NCBI RefSeq assembly: GCF_018350175.1
Contig: NC_058368.1
Span: 77,316,001-77,380,000 of the forward strand
Direction: 5' to 3'
DNA: 64,000 nucleotides
Source: Felis catus
Taxonomy: Eukaryota
A model generated the notes under the pieces. The model saw nothing but the letters and a program-made list of their open reading frames with translations, searched no databases and was not told where the DNA came from. The translations under genes and the position numbers were made by a program. Below, piece after piece: positions 48,813 to 58,028 of the stretch. How positions within the stretch are numbered: position 1 is the stretch's first letter; every line of letters begins with the position of its first letter.

Positions 48813-49260
48813 CTGTTGGTATGAGCATCTAAGCTCCGGTTCTTCTAGAAACAGTGCCTGAGCAAAGGATCTGAGTGCCAGCAATTTATTAGGAAGTGCT
48901 CCAGGGAAAGCAGAACAGAGGAGGGGACGTAGCTAGGCAAGCAAGGGATTTCAGCAGACCTAGACTCCCCAGGATTCTGCAGGGACCCTGAGAACGTGTC
49001 CAGACTCAAGGCCCAGTATCAGGTGTTTGCACTTCCATACCAGTCGTTGACTTTGAGCTGCTGCTGGTGGGGGTGGGGGTGGGGGTGGGAAAGAGGATTT
49101 CTGGCTGTTTTTACCAAGTGGGCAGTGAATTGGGTGGTCCACACCAGTCTCCGAAGGTGGCCAATGTGAACCATTAGCAGCCAGTTCACGGAAGCTGGGA
49201 GAAGGATGCTCAGAGCTGGTGAAAGACAGACTCTACTAGCTGAGGAGGGAGGACACGAAC
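48813..49260 (-). mobile_element. Ancient ERVL-class LTR (LTR16-like)
   Basis: AGAAACAGTGCCTGAGCAAAGGAT..GCAATTTATTAGGAAGTGCTCC; CATTAGCAGCCA. Confidence 0.55.
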
Positions 49261-49719
49261 ACAAACTCTTCCTGCTACACCGACCTTGGGAAAATGACAC
49301 TTTCAGAGGATGGGGTTCCTTCCCTGTATGAGAAGGGGTGTGTGCCTGTGGAGGTGGGAGAGGGGTTGCCTGCAAAGACAGCACAGTGGAGGATAAAGGG
49401 ACACACGACCGTGTGAAAGTGCCCGACACAGCACCTTGCGTGCCTCAGTTGCCCGCGGGAACTTTCTCTCCAAGCTTCGCAAACTAAGCGGCTCCTTCGT
49501 GTCGTTTCCTGTTGAGGAACATCCAGTGTTCCTCGTTTCCCACAGAAGGCAACTCGTGCGGCATTTTTACCAACCAGCCCACAGATCGAAACTGCTGGAT
49601 CCTGAAGTCCTGGAGACCCAGGACATCCGCGAACCCTCTGAAATTGTGGGAAATGCAGAATGCAGCTCCCTCCCCACCCCTCCCCCCCTTAGAAAAAGGG
49701 ACTGTCTTAGACAGGCAGA

Positions 49720-49890
49720 ACGGTGCTGAGCTCAAATTCCAGGTCACCCACGTCTTGCCGAGGGACCTTTACACCATTTTGGTCTCGTTGCCTGGTATGA
49801 AAGGAAATGATGGAGTCGTGAGGATTAAATTAGTCAAAAGTGCCTGTCTGTGAAACAGCGCGCAGCACATTGAAATTGTGGGGTGTGTGT
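49720..49890 (+). mobile_element. MIR
   Basis: GAGCTCAAATTCCAG; GTCGTGAGGATTAAATTAG. Confidence 0.55.
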
Positions 49891-50347
49891 GTGACTATTT
49901 ATGTAGCTAGAGGTATCGTTACTGCTACTGTTATCCTCGTCACATCAGTAGGTGCTTGAAGGGGTCCTGTGGCCAAAAAATGTCCGGGAACTATGGCCCC
50001 ACGGCAGCTGTTGAGGCCGGAGCCTTGGTTTACTGTGCTGTTCCTGCATCTGGGCCTCTGCCTTCTTCCCTGAAGTTTGCTCTCCGAGTGACACTCTTGC
50101 ACCCATCTGCGGGCCAGCTCCCCCCCTCAGCCCTCTTGCTCCCCTGCTGGAAGTCCTCATCTCCCCAAAGTTCACTTAGCCGGTCCAGGGTGATGCAACG
50201 CTTCCCAGACCACCATCCATCCTACAAGACTAAGTTGCAAGAGCGGCCTTGCTCCTGTGACCCAATGTTCTACTCATCAGGGTCTCATCCAACCAGTCAA
50301 TCCTAGGATGCAGAGTAGACCCTCATATACGGTGTGTTCAATGCATC

Positions 50348-50528
50348 ATTTTTTTTTTAAGTTTATTTTTAGAGAGACACAGAGAGAGAGGGAAAGAGAG
50401 AATCCCCAGCAGCCTCCATGCTGTCAGCATAGAGCCCGACACGGGGCTCGGTCTCACAAACCACGAGATCATGACCTGAGCCGACATCAAGAGTCGGATG
50501 CTCAACAGGCAGAGACACCCAGGCGCCC
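50348..50528 (-). mobile_element. Can-SINE
   Basis: TSD TCAATGCATCATTT. Confidence 0.95.
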
Positions 50529-50598
50529 ATCAATGCATCATTTCAAAGTAGCTCATCCCCGTTGCCAAAATAAATATCAAACAAGGAGTGAGTTAGTT

Positions 50599-50659
50599 CC
50601 TCACTACCAGTGTTCAGGGACGTCGACGTCCTGAATAGTTCAGGGATGTCGCCTCACTA
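50599..50659. repeat. 45-bp palindrome-containing insertion flanked by 8-bp direct repeats
   Basis: CCTCACTA at 50599-50606 and 50652-50659; perfect palindrome GGACGTCGACGTCC at 50618-50631. Confidence 0.75.
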
Positions 50660-50794
50660 AATACCTGGCACACAGTAGGTGCTCAATACATACTATTGAG
50701 TGGAAAAAAATAATCAGTAGAAAGGTTTTCCTTAAATTACTGTGTTTGGCGTGGGTACCAACATCGATGAATTTACGGTATGTTTACATTTACA

Positions 50795-51007
50795 ATTTTT
50801 TTTTAACGTTTATTTATTTTTGGGACAGAGAGAGACAGAGCATGAATGGGGGAGGGACAGAGAGAGAGGGAGACACAGAATCGGAAACAGGCTCCAGGCT
50901 CTGAGCCATCAGCCCAGAGCCCGACGCGGGGCTCAAACTCACGGACCGCGAGATCATGACCTGAGCTGAAGTCGGACGCTTAACCGACTGAGCAACCCAG
51001 GCGCCCC
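50795..51007 (-). mobile_element. Can-SINE (felid type)
   Basis: TSD TACATTTACAATTT. Confidence 0.97.
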
Positions 51008-51169
51008 TACATTTACAATTTATTAAGTAAGAGAGGGAAACTGTTATTTCCATCACAGCCGTGGAGATGTTCGAGTATCAAAACAGAGCTGGAAGGGAGA
51101 GAATGGACTTTTCCAGACACTACCGTTGTTGAAGTGTCACCAGCTACAGTAAGCTATTGCACGAGTCTA

Positions 51170-51530
51170 AAATAACTATTTCTTTGGGGCTGGTTAATGA
51201 TACCTCATTACTGATAGAAGATAATGGGATGATAAGGGCAAGATTCATTGACCTTTCAAAGGCTTTTGATTTAGTAAATGACACTGTTGGATAAGCTAAT
51301 TAATTTTGGCTTTCCTCCTGTAGTGATGGAGGAGTTCTGATCTCATTTGATTAGTAGGAAAAATCAGGGGCTGTTCTAAGGCGATCAGCCTGATTTATTA
51401 CTCTTCCTATCTGATGGTGCCTGAGGGCTCAATAAGTGATTGAATTTATTTTATTTATTTTAAAATTATCTTTCTGATGCTAGAGATAAGCCAAGGATTC
51501 ACTTACAGAGCAATGATAATACCACTTCAA
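51170..51530 (+). mobile_element. Fossil reverse-transcriptase domain of an ancient CR1/L2-group LINE
   Basis: Colinear degenerate RT motifs: LVNDTSLLIEDNGMIRARFIDLSKAFDLVND, LLDKLINFGF..F*SHLISRKNQ, VPEGSI, NYLSDA..IHLQSNDNTT (frameshifts and stops). Confidence 0.75.
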
Positions 51531-52419
51531 ATAATGTTTCCCTTAGTGTCCCCGTACTTCATATGTTTTTGCTTCTGAGTCCCTACATTTGCCAACAAGG
51601 AAGATTCTGGAAGATAATGGGGAAAACATTGCTTGGTGACAACCTCCCCCACCCCCCCATGCAGGTGAGGTATCTTAGATCTGAATCTAAGAAAGGCAGG
51701 AAGGCAAGTGTAGTTGGTCAAAAGGTCTACCTAATTCTCAGTTTCTAGGTAACTTGAAGCATGGTTGTGCAGCTCCAAAAGCTTGGCATTTTTTCCAATA
51801 AATACATCTCTGGCCTCCCAACCCGGGTCCTCCTTTGCCCTACAGAGTACTCGGCAATGGGAAAAAAATGACTACATTTATTTATTAGACTGAAGCATAT
51901 ATTTAAAATGTTTGACACCTACAAAAAGCTTGTAATTCTATTCTTCATTGAGTTTGATTCTATTCTTTGCTGACTGAAGTTAAATGGAAGGAACATTAAA
52001 GCAATCCTCTTTTGAACTGAAATGGGTTTATTTTTCAGAACTTGCGAGTGTAGATTTATTTCCCTTAGACTTTCAAAGACATACCTATAAATAGTCATTC
52101 AAAAAGTTAAGCTGAACTCTAATGAAGAAATAAATCATAGTTCACAGCTAGAATTTATAGAATATGATACACCGGGCTTCTGACCTCTCCGTTACATATA
52201 ATAGAGCACAGCACCGAGTTAAAAAGCCTATTAGCCACATACACTGACCACATGACCCCAAGCCATTCTCCTAGGCATTTATTCAAGAGAGCTGAAAGAA
52301 AATTTCTGTACACAAATGTTGGCAGAAAATTATGGTAAGAGCCCCAAACTGGAAACTACTGTCATGGCCAGTAACAGATGAATGGATTAAAAAATAATAA
52401 TAATAATGATTGTGGCTCC

Positions 52420-52610
52420 GGGGCACCTGAGTGGCTCAGTTGGTGAAGCGTCTGACTTCAGCTCAGGTCGTGGTCTTGCGGTTTGTGAGTTCGAGCCCCA
52501 CGCGGGCTCCTTGCTGTCAGCCTGTCGGCGCGGAGCCCGCTTCACATCCTCTATCCCTGTCTCTATGCACGCCCCCCCCCAACTTGTACTCTCCCCATAA
52601 TAGATATATA
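52420..52610 (+). mobile_element. Can-SINE
   Basis: Head and body present; TTGTGGC on both flanks. Confidence 0.9.
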
Positions 52611-52850
52611 TTTTAAAAAGTTGTGGCCTGTGCATACTATGCTATACGACTCAGCAATAAAAATACAAATTATCAGTATATACGGCATTGATGGAATGAA
52701 TGAACCAGACAATCAAAGAGCACACATTGTATTATTTCATTTGTATCAAGTTCTTAAAAATCCAAATTAATCTCTAGTGACAGAGAACAGATCAGTGTGG
52801 CCTGGGGCCTGGGGCCTGGGGAGGGGAGTAGGCCGGGGCTAGTGGGGGGA

Positions 52851-53227
52851 TCTATTAGTCATGGTTCTCCAGAGAATCAGGACCAACAGGATGTAGAGAG
52901 AGGGAGATTTATTATCAGGAACAGACTCACAGGATTGTGTAGGTACAAGTCCAAAATCTGGAGGGAAGAGTTGTTGCTATAGCTCAAGCCCAAAGGCCAT
53001 CTGGAGGCAGGATGTCTCCTCACTTGGGGACCCCATCTTTTCTCTTAAGGCCTTCAACTGATTGGGTGAGGCCCACCCACATAATAGGGGACAATCTGTT
53101 TTAGTTGGCATCTACCAACTTAAATATTACTCATAAAAACACGGTCACAGAAATATCCAGAATAATGTTTCACCAAATATCTGGGCACTGTGGCCCAGAC
53201 AAGTTAACCATAAAATGAACCATTACA
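52851..53227 (-). mobile_element. MLT2-type ERVL solo LTR
   Basis: TATTAGTCATGGTTCTCCAGAGAA start; CTTAAGGCCTTCAACTGATTGG; CAAGTTAACCATAAAATGAACCATTACA end. Confidence 0.9.
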
Positions 53228-53441
53228 GGGAGGGACAAGAGTGAGGATTATAAAGGCCATGAAGAAATTTGGGGGTTTTTGCACATGCTGATTATCTTAA
53301 TTGTGGTGACAGTTTTTATGTGTACGTAAGTTAAGGTTTATAAACCTGTACATTTGACATATGTACAGTTTATTATTTGTCAATCATATTTCAGTAAAGT
53401 TCTTAAAAAACAGAGTCAGTCTTACTCAAAAGGCAGTCACC

Positions 53442-53655
53442 GGGGCACCTGGGTGGCTCGGTCAGTTGAGGATCCAATTTCGGCTCAGCTCATGATCTCA
53501 TGGTTTGTGAGTTCGAGCCCCGCATCAGGCTCCGTGCTGACAGCTCGGAGCCTAGAGCCCCCTTCGGGTTCTGTGTCTCCCTCTCTTCTGCCCCTCCCCC
53601 GCTCACATCTGTCTCTCTCTCTCTCTTCCTCAAAAATAAATAAACATTAAAAAAT
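53442..53655 (+). mobile_element. Can-SINE
   Basis: TSD CAAAAG(G/A)CAGTCACC. Confidence 0.96.
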
Positions 53656-53739
53656 ATATATATTTTTCAAAAGACAGTCACCGAGCAGGCTGGCTGGAAC
53701 TATAAAAAGGGAACCTCCGAGGCCCCATCTCTGTGCCTT

Positions 53740-54100
53740 CTGACTTCTGTAAGCAAATGCTCATCGACAGATAAATGAAACGTTTACGTGTGAAAACAAT
53801 CCGTGCACAAAAATGGCCCCTAAGTTCTACTATTAAAAAATGACGCGCTAAAAAAAATTCAGCAGGTACGGGATACTGCACTTTTGACAGTGCTCTGGGA
53901 GTAACGGCAGACTTCACACTTCCGGTATTAACTACTCTCTTTAAATACAGTAGTTTTAAAAAAGAGCCCATTCTTTGGTATGTGGTTATCTGGTTCTGTG
54001 AAACAGATAAGGGCATGTCACACCCCGGCATACAAATCCATGTTGACAGGGGACACCATGTGCCAAAGGAGGACGACTTCTGGCAGGATAATTAACTCCT
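53740..54100. promoter_or_regulatory. Candidate enhancer: GATA/RUNX/ETS/Meis motif cluster
   Basis: ACTTCCGG 53918, TGTGGTT 53981, GATA sites 53769, 53986 and 54005, TGACAG 53885 and 54044. Motif evidence only. Confidence 0.4.
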
Positions 54101-55494
54101 AAATGGAATGAACCACTTGTGTTTTCCTCTCTCTACCCCCCCTCCCAGTCCCACCCCCCCCCACACTAGTAATTGGTAGATAATTATTTTAGAAGCAAAA
54201 CAAACCTTCAAGTTATATACTCTTTCTTGTGGGAAAAAGAAATGAATGAAATTCATTTCATGGTTGTAAATGCTAACGAGAATCTGAGAGACGTGTTAAA
54301 TGGAAGTCCAAGGGCTAAGTTAATATCATTTAGGCCCAGTGGGTTCAAGGCCTTCAAAAAGAATGATGAGTTATTCTTGAAAGCCAAGAGACGTTTGAAC
54401 ATAAGAACGAAGCTGACATTTTTAAAAGCTTTTCTAGTCTTTCTTCCGCGTTTTGAGTTGGTGTGACCCCTATGTTGGGGATCACTCATTGATCTTCCTC
54501 TCGTATAATCAATTCAGTGAGTTGACTCAGGCCAACCCCCCCTCCCTCCCCCCCCTGCAAACTTTCCTCCCATTGCAGAATAAAGATAGGGGAGTCTTTG
54601 AGAGGCCATACAGGCTCAGAATCTTCCTCAACACAACGCTCCGGGAGGCGCTGACTGTTGCATGGGTACGAGGTGATGGAAACAAATTTATTCTCACTGG
54701 TGCACATGGCACGGAAGGTGTCGAAAGATCAACTCTGAGGACAGACAGCGGAACCACAGGTCGAAAATATAAGCATACCAAATGCCTCCTCCCCCTTCCA
54801 GCGACACCCCTTTCTTAGCCAAAAGGCCATACTCTCTCACCTCTAGAAAGCTGAGGTTGGAGAAAGAAGGACTGATTAAGGCAGAATATTCTCCTTTCCT
54901 GCGGGGAAAACAGGATTCCTTAGCCCCTGCTTCCGTTCAAGGCGTCTGCCCGATTCCGGGAGACGCGCCGCTAGACTGTGATCCCTCATTAGTATTCTCC
55001 AGGGGGTGGTGGAGTCACTGTCATTAATAACCCAAAGGGAATAGTCCCTCGTGAATCTTACAAACCTCTGTAGTTGTTGAATAATTGATATTTTTTCATA
55101 ACACTGCTGTAAAGGAGTAAGGGGTGGTCCACCTCCTTGCTTCCACCTTACGTGTCAGGGAGCAGAGCCACAGCAGGGCGCAGGGCTGGGTGTTTGGGGA
55201 CAGGTCCCGACACAGGGAGAGCAAGGGATTGCCTTTTCTTGTTGCAAGTGGGTTTCTTTCTCCTGGGGAGACTAATTCCCTTACATTCCCCCACTCACCC
55301 CCTCCTAGTTTATTACATAGAGGAGCCAGTGTTTCTCCCAGAAACATCTGTCTTCCCTCCTATAACACTGACTGGGAGTTACCGAGATGAAAATCAGGCG
55401 CTCTCTTTGTTTTCGTGGGACAACCCATTTATCGACCGCTGTGTCTCCGGCGGCACTAATAACCTCAGTAGGGTTTGGCCTCTCTGGTTTATAA

Positions 55495-55710
55495 ATTTTT
55501 TTTTCCACCGTTTTATTTTATTTTTGGGACAGAGAGAGACAGAGCATGAACGGGGGAGGGGCAGAGAGAGAGGGAGACACAGAATCGGAAACAGGCTCCA
55601 GGCTCCGAGCCATCAGCCCAGAGCCCGACGCGGGGCTCGAACTCCCGGACCGCAAGATCGTGACCTGGCTGAAGTCGGACGCTTAACCCACTGCGCCACC
55701 CAGGCGCCCC
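55495..55710 (-). mobile_element. Young felid SINEC_Fc
   Basis: CpG-intact; 18-bp TSD TGGCCTCTCTGGTTTATA. Confidence 0.98.
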
Positions 55711-56414
55711 ATGGCCTCTCTGGTTTATATAAGAAGCATAAGTTTTCTGTGGATTCTGGGGGAAGCGACAGACAACAGGGGGCCCGGCCGGCCCTGGCTT
55801 CAAGTTCGTTTACTTTGCATCTCTACAGGGCAAAGGGATACTTTCTAAAATGCTCGTCTGATTTCCCCAGATTAAAACCCGTGTTTCTGAGCAAGCTTTT
55901 CCACTTTCACCCTGGATGCGTCTCCTGTGATCACTTCACATCCAGACGGGAGAAAACAACTTCGGTAATTGCCGACTTAATTGGCAAGCATGGGTCTCCA
56001 GGCAGCACTTACGTGTCTTGTCATGCCCGGATGCTGCGCGCTTCTTGGCTGTTCCAGAATCATGTTATTCCCAAGATGGGCACCGTGCATGCCTTTCATT
56101 TTCCAGCCACCGTTCCCACCCTTGGCTCCTGCTGGTTTCAACGACCTAGACTGTGAGGAGGAGGGAGGGGACACACCTACAGCTGCTGCCATGTCACCAG
56201 GAGCTTCTTTGTGTGCGTGGGGGTTTGTTTGCAAACCCTGTTCCTGAAACTCGCCCACTGGTGGCCCTCAGCCAGCGGGGATCGAAGGGTCCCTCGGGGG
56301 TCCTCACAGTACAGGCCCCGTGGGGCTGTGGCAGGGGGACGTGGGCGAAGAATTTCTCAGCAGGCTGACGATGAAATTGCTTATTGAAACTAGAAATAAA
56401 AATAATGAAACCAC

Positions 56415-56525
56415 AAGATCACAGAAATCCAAGGATTGTAGACTTGAAAGCGACTGTGGAGAACATCTAGCTTAATTCCCTCTTCTAGGATAAAACGTGG
56501 TCTGAGACCCAGTGGGGTTAAAAGA
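56415..56525 (-). mobile_element. MIR/MIR3 fragment
   Basis: TAGACTTGAAAGCGACTGTGGAGAACATCTAG...CTGAGACCCAG..GGTTAA. Confidence 0.55.
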
Positions 56526-57084
56526 TTTTGAAAAGGATGATTTTGTGTTTCTCTTTGCTTTCTTCCTCGAGGGCTTTCAATACTTTTTGTTTGTTTTTGT
56601 CTATATGATGTCTTCTTTGAGAATCAACTCTTAATTACACCGGACGTGGGGTGGGAAAGGCAGATAAAAGGGGGGGTCACTCACATCTTTCTTTTTGGAC
56701 TTCACGCGTGAGTGCACGATAGCCAAGAAATTCAGAGTGTTAAAGAATGAAGCTGTATTCCTCAGACCATCCTCATGTCAGAATGTAAACTTATTGGAAG
56801 GGGTCCAAATTTCTCATTTTGACTGCTGTCTATGTTTAAATCCAATCTCCTTTCTTCCTATTCCTCTGAACCCTAATTTAGAGGGATGAGAGCCAATGGT
56901 CTCCCTAAACCCTCTGAAATAACTATAGATTTCTGCTCATGTGAAAAATTCGGTATTTATACATTTATCACCAATGCAGGCCACAGTAACGAATACAGGG
57001 CGTGAAAGGATCAGTAAAAATTCCAAAAATCTCAGAGTTCTCCTTGCTTCTCCTTCAGATTCAGCACTTATTTCTAGCATATTC

Positions 57085-57225
57085 ACTATTCTTTTGGAGT
57101 CATAGACCTTTTGGGGGAATCTGACAAAGATATGGTTCCTCACCCAGGAAAAAAATATATCCACACACACCAAATTCTGTTTATAATTTTTAGGAAATAG
57201 AAAGATAGTGGGTCAAGAACCCCTA
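57085..57225 (-). mobile_element. hAT-Charlie MITE (Charlie4z-like)
   Basis: GGAGTCATAGACCTTTTG..GAATCTGACAAAGATATGG...GGTCAAGAACCCCT. Confidence 0.6.
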
Positions 57226-57622
57226 TTATAGATTATCTGTAAGAAACTTAGTCCATTTTTCTTGTGATTTAATAGGTGAACTTGTGTTTGGAGTCAGGCT
57301 GAACTAGAGGTAGGTCAGCCAATGTTAAGAATTGGGATTTCTAGCTAGCACTGATGACTGAGTCTAGTGAAAAAGCCACGAGCCAGACCAAAGATATTGG
57401 AAATAATCAAGACTTCTTGCGAATTGGCATAATGGAGATTCATCCGCGAAGAATTAAGGTAAGATAATTACCTTACTGGTGAATGCGCATAAAAACACAA
57501 ATGGGATGAAAAGTTGTTAATGAAATGTTTTTGTAAATTTTATTATTTCTATCGAACCAAAAGCATGGGGTGCAGATGTGGTTAAAGTAAAAGGTTTTTT
57601 TTTTAAACCACCCTCCCACCAA

Positions 57623-57639
57623 AGGTGAGCCAAAGGTCA
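57623..57639 (+). promoter_or_regulatory. Candidate DR5 retinoic-acid response element
   Basis: AGGTGA-GCCAA-AGGTCA matches RGKTSA-N5-RGKTSA. Confidence 0.35.
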
Positions 57640-57987
57640 AAATAATATAATCCCTGTAGCGTGTATATATTCCAAGAAAAGCAGGTTACGTGATGTAGTT
57701 GCAATGCACACAGAGTGAAAGAAAATAGATGTTGTGCACTGGACCTTGAGAATTCCTAAGTTTGTTCTTTGATGAAATTCCAGAAACAGTTAAGAGGGGG
57801 ATCTGGAAGAGGAGAATCCACCCGTTGGATGGATTTTAGGAATTGTAGAAATACCATTTAGGAATGGGAAAAAACAGAGGGAAGACACATTTCTTTGAAA
57901 GCACACACGCTTTGGTAATTATACAATACAAGGACACACTGCAAGTTATGAATTTAAAAAGCCATAATTTAACGCAATTATTTATGG

Positions 57988-58028
57988 AAATATATATATT
58001 ATATGTATATAATATATATAATATATAC
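57988..58028. repeat. Imperfect (TA)n tract
   Basis: Visible TA-rich low-complexity run. Confidence 0.8.

Larger units (their letters stand above)
52215..53410 (+). mobile_element. Old L1 (L1ME/MC-type) 3' end interrupted by a SINE and an MLT2 LTR
   Basis: CCATTCTCCTAGGCATTTATTCAAGAGA; CAGATGAATGGAT; GACAGAGAACAGATCAGTG; ATCTTAATTGTGGTGA; TCAGTAAAG. Confidence 0.8.

Noticed and set aside
8596..51056. Many similar short ORFs (AQSVKRPTSAQVMISR..., GQRETEHERGRGRERG..., GAPGWRSRLSVRLQPG...) that look like a gene family
   Set aside because: All are alternative-frame translations of Can-SINE copies.
18368..53227. Two same-orientation MLT2 LTRs as the ends of one provirus
   Set aside because: They are about 34 kb apart and substantially diverged, with no gag or pol remnants between them. 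The second sits inside an L1. They are independent solo LTRs.
55137..56156. Longest ORF (339 aa)
   Set aside because: It has no ATG at the annotated start and runs through an antisense young SINE (FLGQRETEHERGRGRERG peptide). The flanks have no recognisable domain.
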